Counted from the stretch's first letter, positions 19,807-29,001 are shown. The stretch is DNA of 64,000 nucleotides from Spirochaetia bacterium (GCA_029880265.1 JAOUOT010000010.1:10761-74760), one strand, 5' to 3'. Numbers and translations: made by a program. The notes: generated from the letters alone by a model not told the origin.

Positions 19807-20931
19807 ATGTCGGTACAACTTATAAAAAAAATCATATACTATAATTTATCAGAAAAGCGGCAAATAACCGCAGCGGCGATTCAAAATGTAATTCAAAGTT
19901 ACGATTTAAATATAAAATACAGCTTTGAATCATCGCCTTTTGTTTTAAAAGAAAATATACAAAAAGATACTCTTTTAGTTTCTAGCGACGAAAATTTATC
20001 GCAGTTATATTCTATCATGTTTGAAAAAGGCGTTTCTTTTTTTATGAAATGGGAAAATTTCAGATCGTCTTATCAGGATATTTTACAATTAAGAACGATT
20101 AATTCGGCTTTTCCGGTAATATTGGCTTTTTTGCCCGTTCAGTTAAATAATTTTTTAGACAATATTTTTAAATTATACGGATATAACGTTATCGTCATAG
20201 ATAACTTCTCTGATTTGCAAAAAAATATTTGCGAAAAGCCGGGCTATATCATCTTAAATCAAGACTTCAACCTTCTGCCTAAAAAACCGGGCAGGCCCCC
20301 TCTTAAAAAAGAGAAAATTTTCAGATATCTGCAAAGTAAAAAAGCCGAGAACTCTGATCTGATTATTTCGGTAATCAAAGATTTTAACCAGGGGAGTCTG
20401 TTTGACGATATATCTTCTTCGGTAAAGAATATTTGCAGCCTTCTTTTAAGCCCTGAAGAATATATTTTATTTATTAAAAGATTTCTTTATGAGTATTCAG
20501 TGAAAAAAATTACAGATTTCTATGAGACAGATAATCTTATATCTTCAAGCGTTTTTGCCGAAACGGGAAAAGTCAAAAATGAAAAAATGTTTTTAAATTT
20601 ATTAAAAGATCATAAAAAAATCTATAAAGAAATTATCGATAAACTGGAAGATTCAAAAATAAAAACAAAAATTGCGTTTTTTGAGCAGTACTGCGAAGAA
20701 CTAAAAACCCTGCAAACAAAGAATTCTCTTTTAAAATGGATTGCCGAATTTTTTAATGAATCTGAAGAAAGAAAAAACCGCGCTTCGTTTTCTTTTATAG
20801 ATAAAAGCGCAGATACCTTTGATAAATTAATTCAACTTACCTCAAAAAATGAAACAAAATCCGCCGCGAATAACTCGACTATTCCCGTTTCGAAATCTGT
20901 TGATTTTCCCGACTTGTCGGGAATGCGGTAA
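19807..20931 (+). CDS. Hypothetical protein
   Basis: 374-aa ORF with host-like composition. No recognised motif. Confidence 0.75.
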   Translation: MSVQLIKKIIYYNLSEKRQITAAAIQNVIQSYDLNIKYSFESSPFVLKENIQKDTLLVSSDENLSQLYSIMFEKGVSFFMKWENFRSSYQDILQLRTINSAFPVILAFLPVQLNNFLDNIFKLYGYNVIVIDNFSDLQKNICEKPGYIILNQDFNLLPKKPGRPPLKKEKIFRYLQSKKAENSDLIISVIKDFNQGSLFDDISSSVKNICSLLLSPEEYILFIKRFLYEYSVKKITDFYETDNLISSSVFAETGKVKNEKMFLNLLKDHKKIYKEIIDKLEDSKIKTKIAFFEQYCEELKTLQTKNSLLKWIAEFFNESEERKNRASFSFIDKSADTFDKLIQLTSKNETKSAANNSTIPVSKSVDFPDLSGMR

Positions 20932-20932
20932 T

Positions 20933-21116
20933 GGGTTTATTTTATAACTTTTTTCACCCTGCCGGGTACGAGCAAAAAAGTTTTTCAAAAACATAATTTA
21001 CTTTCTTTCTTTTTTTTGTAAAAAAGAAAGAAAGTAACAAAGAAAGAAAAAACCCGCTCCGCTGTGCCTCGTGCACAGAGTCGCTCCGGTGGCGCGTACA
21101 TCCTTGTACGCGCGGG
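20933..21116. repeat. Composite multi-hairpin repeat, copy 1
   Basis: Hairpins AACTTTTT..AAAAAGTT and TTACTTTCTTTCTTTTT..AAAAAGAAAGAAAGTAA, plus core AAAACCCGCTCCGCTGT..ACAGAGTCGCTCCGGTGGCGC..CATCCTTG..GCGCGGG shared with 21802-22041. Confidence 0.8.
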
Positions 21117-21198
21117 TACTGAAATAATATTTTGTTAAAAAGTTAAAAACGACACACTCATGTCGCGCGGGGTTTTCTATTTTTTGTATAATAAAAAT

Positions 21199-21310
21199 AT
21201 GAAACCGTTTTCAGAAGAAATAAAAGATTTTATTAAAAACGAAAACTGGATATTTGCCAAGACATACGCTAAAACATGGCCGCATGAATATATCATTCGC
21301 GACAGGGTTA
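21199..21310 (+). pseudogene. Truncated conserved small protein (WIFAKTYAKTWPHEY family)
   Basis: Protein-like N-terminus MKPFSEEIKDFIKNENWIFAKTYAKTWPHEYIIRDRV. The frame then runs through the next gene's promoter and start. Confidence 0.5.
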
Positions 21311-21373
21311 GGCTTTCAATTAAAATAATAATTGCTTTACTTTCAGCTCATATGTTTCTTATATACTACAATA

Positions 21374-21603
21374 ATGAAAAAAATAAGAATATATTTAGAT
21401 ACTTCTGTTATAGGCGGTTGTTTTGATGAAGAGTTTAAAGAATATTCAACACGATTAATAAATGAAATAGAAAACTCGATTAAGCAAGGCGTTATATCAG
21501 ATATTACAATTCGAGAACTTCAATATGCGCCATCAATTTAAGAATGGGTTATAAAACACTGGCAATATATTCGCCGCGAGAGGTGCTTGAAAATGAAGAA
21601 TAA
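21374..21603 (+). pseudogene. PIN-domain (VapC-like) toxin with internal deletion
   Basis: N-terminus MKKIRIYLDTSVIGGCFDEEF..ISDITIREL..AP is joined out of frame to a family-typical C-terminus LRMGYKTLAIYSPREVLENEE*. Confidence 0.75.
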
Positions 21604-21769
21604 AAAAGATTTTGACTGCGTCAAAATGAAAAATGATATCCAGAGTACGTTATATGAAGAACATAAAGATTTAAATTTTAAAGAATACATAAAAAATATT
21701 TCAGAAGAAGCGAAAAGATCAGATTTGTATAAAGAAATTATGAAAAAGAAAACCGTTTCTCAGTCATAG
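21593..21769 (+). CDS. Putative antitoxin partner of the PIN toxin
   Basis: 58 aa, KKDFDCVKMKNDIQ..LYEE motif. The start overlaps the PIN remnant stop. Confidence 0.65.
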   Translation: MKNKKDFDCVKMKNDIQSTLYEEHKDLNFKEYIKNISEEAKRSDLYKEIMKKKTVSQS

Positions 21770-21801
21770 TATTACTTCTGCGAGGTCAGAACAACCGGCC
21801 G

Positions 21802-22041
21802 GGGTTTATAACTTTTTAGTAAAAAGTTAGCCAAAACAATTTTGCAACCCATTTCTTTTTCACCCTTCGGGTACGCGGTGTAAAAGAAACAGGTGGCGGC
21901 CAAAGACTTGTGCTGGCGAAGCCAGTGAAAACCCGCTCCGCTGTTCATCCCCTCGACTTCGCATGGCTTCGCCAACTTCGTAACGGGACGAGCCATGAAC
22001 AGAGTCGCTCCGGTGGCGCCATGCATCCTTGCATGCGCGGG
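21802..22041. repeat. Composite multi-hairpin repeat, copy 2
   Basis: Same order of modules as 20933-21116, with altered loops and compensatory stems. Confidence 0.8.
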
Positions 22042-22045
22042 AGTT

Positions 22046-22252
22046 CTAAACAGCAAGTCTCAATTTTTCTTCTTCAATTGATTTGACTGACTTTTGAATA
22101 AGAGCCAACGCATTTTCTTCAAAAACAGGCTCGCCGCATTGTACGCATACAAAAGCAGGTAACGCATTATAGTGAATCTGATAGTCTTTTCTTTCAACGG
22201 TAAAGGGCGCTGTTTTTTTTTCAAGTTTGCCTTTACAAAAAATATATTCCAT
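22046..22252 (-). CDS. YgiT/MqsA-type zinc-finger protein (putative antitoxin, first Cys replaced by Tyr)
   Basis: MEYIFCKG...LPAFVCVQCGEPVF. Confidence 0.8.
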   Translation of the reverse strand: MEYIFCKGKLEKKTAPFTVERKDYQIHYNALPAFVCVQCGEPVFEENALALIQKSVKSIEEEKLRLAV

Positions 22253-22253
22253 T

Positions 22254-22298
22254 TTATTTTCTCATTTTGTAATCATTTGACCATCTATTTAATTTACC
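22254..22298 (-). pseudogene. C-terminal remnant of a DUF4258-like toxin
   Basis: GKLNRWSNDYKMRK* ends 1 nt before the YgiT start. It resembles the W..D...RK terminus of DUF4258 proteins that usually precede YgiT fingers. Confidence 0.45.
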
Positions 22299-22301
22299 GA
22301 A

Positions 22302-22628
22302 TTATACATTTTGATCGCCTTTAACTCTATCTTTAAGCTGTTTCTCTACATAATCGGGATCTCTGTGCGCATGCGTTACCGCCATGATTTTAATCTCTAG
22401 TTTACTTTCATGATAATAAATTAAAAAAGGAAATCTTGGTATTAATATTTTTCGTATACCTTCATAACATTCGACGCCTGCGGCCGGATATCTGGAAATT
22501 GTTAATAATGTTTCATCTATCTCAAGTATAAATTCTTCGCCCAAGCCGATGTGTTTATCTTCATACCATGAATATATAATCTCTAAATCTTTTACCGCAA
22601 AGTCAGATAAATTAATGTTCTTTATCAC
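22302..22628 (-). CDS. RelE/ParE family toxin
   Basis: AVKDLEIIYSWYE...GLGEEF, IRK..IPRFPFLIYY, IMAVTHAHRDP. Confidence 0.9.
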   Translation of the reverse strand: MIKNINLSDFAVKDLEIIYSWYEDKHIGLGEEFILEIDETLLTISRYPAAGVECYEGIRKILIPRFPFLIYYHESKLEIKIMAVTHAHRDPDYVEKQLKDRVKGDQNV

Positions 22629-22842
22629 CTAATAGCCTTTTCTTTACAGTTTCCCATGATTGAAAACCGGCCTTTCCCGATTTTATTGCTGAAAGTCTCT
22701 CATCAAGCATTACTTTATGAGAGACTGGGATTTTTTCATTGATAACATTTTCAGCTATATCATCCCAGAGTGAATCTAATATTGCAAATTTTGTATTGAT
22801 ATCCTGCCTTTTTATTTCTTCAAGCGCGCTTTCTATACTCAT
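22612..22842 (-). CDS. Putative addiction module antitoxin (TIGR02574-like)
   Basis: ILDSLWDDI...HKVMLDERL...SWETVKKRL. Overlaps the ParE start. Confidence 0.88.
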   Translation of the reverse strand: MSIESALEEIKRQDINTKFAILDSLWDDIAENVINEKIPVSHKVMLDERLSAIKSGKAGFQSWETVKKRLLGDKEH

Positions 22843-22849
22843 AATAACT

Positions 22850-22878
22850 ATTATACTAAATTGAGATGAAGTTGTAAA
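22850..22878 (-). promoter_or_regulatory. Sigma70 promoter of the antitoxin-parE operon (probably leaderless)
   Basis: TTTACA-17 nt-TATAAT, with 7 nt between the -10 and the ATG at 22842. Confidence 0.6.
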
Positions 22879-23025
22879 GTAAATTGCAGGTGTTGGTTTA
22901 ACTTTTTTGTTAAAAAGTTCGGGATGGTTTTTGACGCGATTAGAGAATTACAAAATCACCCTGATGGTACGCGGTTGCCAGAGAAGAAGAAACGGAAAAT
23001 TGGCTTTGATTAGGAAAAAGTTAAT

Positions 23026-23069
23026 TTTTTTTGTTAGCCACGGGTTTAAACCCGTGGCTAACAAAAAAA
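23026..23069. repeat. Perfect 44-bp palindrome, REP-like or bidirectional terminator
   Basis: TTTTTTTGTTAGCCACGGGTTT|AAACCCGTGGCTAACAAAAAAA. Confidence 0.8.
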
Positions 23070-23159
23070 CAATCCTGTCTTATTCTGCCCGATGTATATT
23101 GATGTAATTTCTCTCGACAAATTATAAAAAATAAAAAATAAGACATCTATTTAAGAACA

Positions 23160-23260
23160 ATGAAAACGGTATTGTCTATAAATAAGGTTACAATTCGTTT
23201 AACCTCTGAACGTTAGAAACATTATTTAAAAGGAATATATTATGGCAAAAACAGAAGTAA
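23160..23260 (+). pseudogene. Remnant of the toxin-like partner of DUF2283
   Basis: MKTVLSINKVTIRLTSER*KH has TAG where Trp is expected in IRLT.ERW.H. It is joined to a C-terminal FKRNILWQKQK* that overlaps the DUF2283 start. Confidence 0.55.
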
Positions 23261-23493
23261 TAAAAAATGAAATATATGAAATACTTAACCATGTAAAAAA
23301 ACTCGATATGTCAAAGCTGTACTTTGATTATGATAAAGAAGCCGATGTCATGTACGTGTCTTTTGAAAAACCGCAAAAGTCTGATAATTCTGAACTTATG
23401 GAAGACGGTACTATTTTAAGATATTTCAAAAATAAAATTGTCGGGTTGACAATCATGAATTACAGTAAAAGAAATCTGGTATCACAAACTTAA
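23242..23493 (+). CDS. DUF2283 family putative antitoxin
   Basis: DYDKEADVMYVSF, EDGTILRY, IVGLTIMN. Confidence 0.88.
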   Translation: MAKTEVIKNEIYEILNHVKKLDMSKLYFDYDKEADVMYVSFEKPQKSDNSELMEDGTILRYFKNKIVGLTIMNYSKRNLVSQT

Positions 23494-23638
23494 GCATATT
23501 CTTTCATAGTAAATATGGCAAACCGCGATTTAGAACAAATGTCAAAATTCAGCGATAAATGGTCGTTCATGTATTTTGAGAAAGACCCATGTGTTTATCG
23601 GCAATATGAACGCGAGCAAAAGAAAGAAAAGTAATAAT

Positions 23639-23971
23639 ATGCAAAAATTAAGAATTGTTCCTATTTCAGAACTTAAAGAAAAATATACAGAAAAATTAAT
23701 TCGTGAGATTTTATTTATACTTTCAAATTTAGAAGATTTTGTTCCCGCGGCAGATTTGAAAGGCAAGACAGAAACCACGCCTCTTGAAAAATTATTAGAA
23801 TATAACCGTGAACCATTTTTTTATTTTGAATCAATAAGAAAAAGAAAAGATAATATAATCGCGCTCATTGGCCACGGTATTGATTTAGCGGCCATGGGCG
23901 AAAGATTTGTTTTCAAGAAAACAGAAGAAGGCTTAAAATTAATTTCCAGAGACGCTCTATGGCTATCTTGA
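23639..23971 (+). CDS. Hypothetical protein (likely start MQKLRIVP)
   Basis: Open frame with protein-like composition. No recognised motif. Confidence 0.55.
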   Translation: MQKLRIVPISELKEKYTEKLIREILFILSNLEDFVPAADLKGKTETTPLEKLLEYNREPFFYFESIRKRKDNIIALIGHGIDLAAMGERFVFKKTEEGLKLISRDALWLS

Positions 23972-24079
23972 GCCTTTAATGTTCTTTGACAACTTACTAT
24001 ACAAGTATTTCTAAATTTTCCACACCCGTGGGGATGAATAGGCAAAATCCCGCTGGCATTTGCCATAATGCCGGGCGGC

Positions 24080-24177
24080 GTCTCGACTCCGCTCGACAAC
24101 CATGTTACTAGCCGAAAATTTAAAAGAGTAGTAGTCATCGAGCGGCGCCTTGGTCATCGAGCGGAGTCGAGATGACC
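24080..24177. repeat. Inverted REP pair (REPIN-like) plus a partial third unit
   Basis: TCTCGACTCCGCTCGA (24081-24096) is the reverse complement of TCGAGCGGAGTCGAGA (24157-24172). A partial GTCATCGAGCGG lies at 24134. Confidence 0.75.
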
Positions 24178-24245
24178 CGCTAAGGTGAAAAAGAAATGGC
24201 TGGCAAATCTATTTTATAAAACTTTTAACATAATAAAAGTTTTAG

Positions 24246-24647
24246 TTAATCTCTGATTCTGTTTACTTTCGTTTTTGCCGTAAGAAGCGGAATAAAATAA
24301 TCTCTGTGAAACCACATTAGAAAAACCTGCATGCCGGCTACCACGAGCCCCATAGGAATGCCCGAAGGGTTCAGAAAAATATGAAGCAGTAAGATATTTA
24401 CGACAATGGGGGCCAGCACAATAAGAGCAAGGGGAACAAATGTTCTTGCTATAAGAAGCCCTCCGCATACGATTTCTACGATTCTCACAAAGTCCATAAA
24501 ATAACCGCTCAGGCTCATTGCTTCTAAAAAGACTTTTGCTTTTAAAGAAGCGGGCGGCGGCGATACGAAATGAAAAAAATGATTTAAACCCATAAATACA
24601 AAAATTCCGCCAAATAAAATTTGAATAACCAGTATTGTGTATTTCAT
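24246..24647 (-). CDS. DoxX family membrane protein
   Basis: LFGGIFVFMGLNHFF, EIVCGGLL, LAPIVVNILLLH. Four TM segments. Confidence 0.85.
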   Translation of the reverse strand: MKYTILVIQILFGGIFVFMGLNHFFHFVSPPPASLKAKVFLEAMSLSGYFMDFVRIVEIVCGGLLIARTFVPLALIVLAPIVVNILLLHIFLNPSGIPMGLVVAGMQVFLMWFHRDYFIPLLTAKTKVNRIRD

Positions 24648-24687
24648 AATATAGCATAGTGCAGGTATCAGATGTCAGGGGTCAAGT

Positions 24688-25119
24688 TTATTTTACCAAA
24701 AAACCTATTACCTGCGTATAGTCTGAAGACATATTTTTGCCCTCTGCGCTTGAAACAAGATTTGTAACTTTTATTTTATACGTGCTTCCTGAAAGAAGCG
24801 AGATATTTGGATAAAAAATAAATTTCGTGTCGTTATCGCTCGCCAAAGGGTCGCCGTTAAAGGGCGCGCAGGTTGCAAAGTCGTCGTCTGAAATTTGAAT
24901 CGTTCCGAAGCAATCGGTTGTAGCGTCATGATTTCCAAAAATTGTATCTTTGCTCATAGGCTCGTTAAAAGATACGGCAACCGATGTCGAGCACTGAACG
25001 TTTAATTGACCGTCATCGGGGGTAGTCTCTGTAACCATTGTCTCTGAAAAATAGAGATTTGTACATTGGGCAAGCCAAAAAGGCAAGAGTATGCCAAGTT
25101 TCCATTTTTTAATTCTCAT
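24688..25119 (-). CDS. Ig-like (Big_5/SbsA-type) lipoprotein
   Basis: Lipobox-like WLAQC, TTPDDG..NV, VSFNEPM, L..STYKIKVT. Confidence 0.8.
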   Translation of the reverse strand: MRIKKWKLGILLPFWLAQCTNLYFSETMVTETTPDDGQLNVQCSTSVAVSFNEPMSKDTIFGNHDATTDCFGTIQISDDDFATCAPFNGDPLASDNDTKFIFYPNISLLSGSTYKIKVTNLVSSAEGKNMSSDYTQVIGFLVK

Positions 25120-25413
25120 AAGTTTTCTTTTTTTTTATCTCCTCGTCGTTTAATTTCATAAATAATATCAAAATATCTAAAATGCGACAATAAAATCATG
25201 TGAAATTCTTTAAAAATGATTTTTTTTCTAAATGGGACATAATTTTTCTTGTCATATTAAATTACAAAATTATAATATCCAGCTGACTTAAAACGACTAG
25301 AGAATTAAAGAACGATAAAAACTTGCGGCATACGCTTGTTTCTCTGGCCCAGAAAACAAAATAATAACAGCGTAACAATTAATTAAATATGAAAATGCAT
25401 AAACGGGGGGCAT

Positions 25414-28400
25414 ATGAAAATTAAAAGACATTTTACCAAGGCAAATCAAGATATTTATAAAAATATATTATTTGAAAAAAGGCGTTCGCAGATAAAAAAC
25501 GCCGACAGCTCGCTTCTTTATGAGGTAAGCGATGTAGAAGTTCCGTCGTTCTGGTCGCAGGTTGCGACAGATATTCTGGCGCAAAAATACTTTCGAAAAG
25601 CGGGAATTCCCAAGTTTAGAAGAAAAGTTCCTGAAGAAGGTATGCCCGAATGGCTTCAAAAAAGCGAGCCCGAAGAAGAGGCCTTAAAGAATCTTCCTGA
25701 AGAAGAAAGATATACGCGTGAAACAAGCGTAAAAGAAATTGTTCACCGCCTTGCCGGAACCTGGACATACTGGGGGTATAAGCACAAGTATTTTGATACT
25801 GAAGAAGACGCAAGAGCCTTTTATGACGAACTTAGATATATGCTTACATATCAAATGGCGGCTCCCAATTCGCCGCAATGGTTTAATACCGGTTTAAACT
25901 GGGCATACGGTATAGACGGGCCGTCGCAGGGGCATTTTTATGTAGATCCTGTAAGTAAAAAAATGGTCAAATCAAAATCGGCCTATGAACATCCTCAGCC
26001 CCATGCGTGCTTTATACAGTCAATTGACGATGATTTGGTAAATGAAAACGGTATTATGGATTTATGGGTGCGCGAAGCAAGACTATTTAAGTATGGCTCG
26101 GGCACGGGAACAAATTTTTCGTCTTTAAGGGGCAAAGACGAACCCTTGTCTGGCGGCGGTAAAAGTTCGGGCATGATGAGTTTCTTAAAAATCGGAGACG
26201 CGGCTGCAGGTGCCATAAAATCGGGCGGCACCACGCGAAGAGCGGCTAAGATGGTCGTGCTTGATATAGATCATCCCGATATTGAAGATTTCATCAACTG
26301 GAAGGTCGTCGAAGAAGAAAAAGTCGCGGCTCTTGTTGCGGGGTCAAAACAGATAAAAAAATCTATCACAGAAATCATGCATGCAGTCGCCGGATGCAAA
26401 GAAAATCCCGAGTTGTTAGATATTAAGAAAAACCAGAAATTAAAAACCGCTTTGATTACGGCCAGAGAAAAGAGCGTTCCCGACAGTTATATTCAGCGCC
26501 TTTTAGAGTACGCAAAGCAGGGGTATACCGATGTTGAGTTCCCCGAATATAACGCCGACTGGAACAGCGAAGCTTACCAGACCGTAAGCGGGCAGAATTC
26601 TAATAATTCTCTAAGGTTAAACAACGCTTTCTTAAAAGCTGTTGAAGAAGACAGAACATGGGATTTAATTCGCAGAAAAGACCGAAAAATAAGCAAAACG
26701 TTAAGAGCCCGCGATTTATTTAACCAGGTATCATACGCGGCATGGTCGTGCGCCGACCCCGGCGTTCAGTTTGACACCACTATCAACGAATGGCACACAT
26801 GCCCTGAAGACGGCAGAATTAACGCTTCAAACCCTTGCAGCGAGTATATGTTTTTAGACGATACGGCGTGCAATCTTGCGTCTTTAAATTTATTGAAATT
26901 TTACGACGAAGAAAAGAACAAGATGAATCTTGACTCTTATACTTACGCGATTCGCTTGTGGACAACCGTGCTTGAAATCTCTGTTTTAATGGCGCAGTAT
27001 CCTTCAGAGAAAGTTGCCGAACTTTCATATAAATTTAGAACATTGGGCCTGGGTTATGCCAATCTTGGTTCTTTGCTTATGGTATCGGGCATTCCTTATA
27101 ATTCAATGGCGGCAAACGCGATTACCGGATGTTTATCGGCAATTATGACCGCCGTAAGCTATAAAACAAGCGCCGAGATGGCAAAAGAACTCGGGGCCTT
27201 CGAAGGGTATAAAAGAAATAAAGAAAGCATGCTTCGGGTAATGCGAAATCATAAAAGAGCCGCATATAGTTCAGACGCCAAAGAGTTTGAAGGCTTGAGT
27301 GTTCTTCCTACGGGCATCAGCGAAAAGGCGGCTCCTCAGTACTTGTTAGACGAGGCAAAAAAGTCATGGGATGAAGCGGTGCAGTGGGGCGAACAATACG
27401 GATACCGTAATGCTCAAACAACTGCCATTGCCCCTACGGGTACGATAGGTCTTTTGATGGACTGCGACACTACGGGCATTGAGCCTGATTATGCGCTGGT
27501 AAAATATAAGACTCTGGCAGGCGGGGGATATTTTAAGATTGTGAACAAGTCTGTTCCTCAAGCTTTGAGTAAGCTTGGTTACGCAAAAGATGAAATAACC
27601 AAAATACAGGAATACATGATAGGCAGCGGAACATTTGAAAACGCTCCTTATATTAATACAAAAACCTTAACAGAGGCAGGCTTTGATCTGGCAACCATTG
27701 AAAAAATGGAAAAAGCTCTTTCAACGGCTTTTGATTTAAGTTATGTGGTAAACAGATGGGTTGTTGAAGATTCGTTTTTAATCAATAATCTCAATATATC
27801 TGAAGAAATGTTTAAAGACCCTTCGTTTGATCTTCTGCGCCATTTGGGGTTTTCAGACGAGCAGATTCAAAAGGCAAGCGAAGTGATTTGCGGCACAATG
27901 ATGATTGAAGGCGCTCCTTTTATTAAAAAAGAGCATCTGGCGGTTTTTGACTGCGCTCAAAAATGTGGTAAAACCGGCAAGCGATATATTCCCTATCAGG
28001 CGCATATTCAAATTATGGCGGCCGCCCAGCCTTTTATATCGGGGGCCATTTCAAAAACGGTAAACATGCCGCATGATTCGTCTATTGAAGACGTAAAAAA
28101 CGCATATCTTTCTTCATGGAAGTTAATGCTGAAATCAAACGCCTTATACCGCGACGGTTCGAAACTCTCGCAGCCTTTATCTTCTCTCGGCGAAAGCATA
28201 TTCTCTGAACTTGAAGAAGATACTTCTGAAATACTTTCATCGGCTGTTATGCAAAAATCAGAAATGCTTGCCGAAAAAGTAATTCAATATATCGCTCAAA
28301 GAAAGAAACTGCCTCAAAGAAGAAGCGGTTATACGCAAAAGGCCGTTATCGGCGGTCATAAGGTATATCTAAGAACGGGCGAATATGAAGACGGATCTCT

Positions 28401-28971
28401 TGGCGAAGTTTTTCTTGATATGTACAAAGAAGGGGCGGCCTTTAGAAGTTTAATGAACGGTTTTGCCATCGCGATATCGCTTGGCTTGCAGTACGGCGTT
28501 CCTCTTGAAGAGTTTGTTGAAGCTTTTGTTTTTACCAAATTTGAGCCAAACGGTATCGTTCAGGGTAACGACCGCATTAAAATGACTACATCGATTATGG
28601 ATTATATTTTTAGAGAACTTGCTATTACATATTTGGGCCGGCATGATTTAGGTCATGTGCTTCCCGAAGATTTGATTTCTGAAACGGCTAAAGATAAATC
28701 GATAAAAGAAGAAGTATCAAAAATTCCGTCGCCCGACGACGATAATTTAAAAAAAAGCGTCTCTAAAACACCCGAGGGAAGCCCCGTTCTAAAGAAAACC
28801 GTTCTTGTTAAATCGAAGTCTTCGGTTCGCGAAGAGGCGGCTAAAATAAGAGAAGCGCGCCTGAAAGGCTATGAAGGCGAGATGTGTCCCGAATGCGGTC
28901 AAATGACCTTGGTAAGAAACGGTTCTTGTCTGAAATGCGAAACCTGCGGAGGCACCACGGGTTGTTCTTGA
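25414..28971 (+). CDS. nrdJ: Vitamin B12-dependent ribonucleotide reductase (class II)
   Basis: [52 protein letters not shown]-terminal TSCPD-like region and zinc ribbon. Confidence 0.97.
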   Translation: MKIKRHFTKANQDIYKNILFEKRRSQIKNADSSLLYEVSDVEVPSFWSQVATDILAQKYFRKAGIPKFRRKVPEEGMPEWLQKSEPEEEALKNLPEEERYTRETSVKEIVHRLAGTWTYWGYKHKYFDTEEDARAFYDELRYMLTYQMAAPNSPQWFNTGLNWAYGIDGPSQGHFYVDPVSKKMVKSKSAYEHPQPHACFIQSIDDDLVNENGIMDLWVREARLFKYGSGTGTNFSSLRGKDEPLSGGGKSSGMMSFLKIGDAAAGAIKSGGTTRRAAKMVVLDIDHPDIEDFINWKVVEEEKVAALVAGSKQIKKSITEIMHAVAGCKENPELLDIKKNQKLKTALITAREKSVPDSYIQRLLEYAKQGYTDVEFPEYNADWNSEAYQTVSGQNSNNSLRLNNAFLKAVEEDRTWDLIRRKDRKISKTLRARDLFNQVSYAAWSCADPGVQFDTTINEWHTCPEDGRINASNPCSEYMFLDDTACNLASLNLLKFYDEEKNKMNLDSYTYAIRLWTTVLEISVLMAQYPSEKVAELSYKFRTLGLGYANLGSLLMVSGIPYNSMAANAITGCLSAIMTAVSYKTSAEMAKELGAFEGYKRNKESMLRVMRNHKRAAYSSDAKEFEGLSVLPTGISEKAAPQYLLDEAKKSWDEAVQWGEQYGYRNAQTTAIAPTGTIGLLMDCDTTGIEPDYALVKYKTLAGGGYFKIVNKSVPQALSKLGYAKDEITKIQEYMIGSGTFENAPYINTKTLTEAGFDLATIEKMEKALSTAFDLSYVVNRWVVEDSFLINNLNISEEMFKDPSFDLLRHLGFSDEQIQKASEVICGTMMIEGAPFIKKEHLAVFDCAQKCGKTGKRYIPYQAHIQIMAAAQPFISGAISKTVNMPHDSSIEDVKNAYLSSWKLMLKSNALYRDGSKLSQPLSSLGESIFSELEEDTSEILSSAVMQKSEMLAEKVIQYIAQRKKLPQRRSGYTQKAVIGGHKVYLRTGEYEDGSLGEVFLDMYKEGAAFRSLMNGFAIAISLGLQYGVPLEEFVEAFVFTKFEPNGIVQGNDRIKMTTSIMDYIFRELAITYLGRHDLGHVLPEDLISETAKDKSIKEEVSKIPSPDDDNLKKSVSKTPEGSPVLKKTVLVKSKSSVREEAAKIREARLKGYEGEMCPECGQMTLVRNGSCLKCETCGGTTGCS

Positions 28972-29001
28972 CACGAGACAGTAGTCATGAAATAATATCT
29001 C

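Noticed and set aside
21772-22056. 94-aa minus-strand ORF
   Set aside because: Lies entirely over repeat copy 2. GC-rich palindromic DNA gives chance open frames.
22907-23107. 66-aa ORF
   Set aside because: Spans the palindrome and promoter region, has a TTG start and no protein-like features.
23821-24138. 105-aa minus-strand ORF
   Set aside because: Translates REP sequence and is antisense to the 23639-23971 gene.
20933-24200. Integron cassette array or CRISPR array
   Set aside because: No integrase or cas gene, no regular repeat-spacer period, genes in both orientations, and no convincing RYYYAAC/GTTRRRY attC ends.
25260-25305. NrdR boxes upstream of nrdJ
   Set aside because: Only a partial match (TATAATATCCAG) and no clear second box at the expected spacing.
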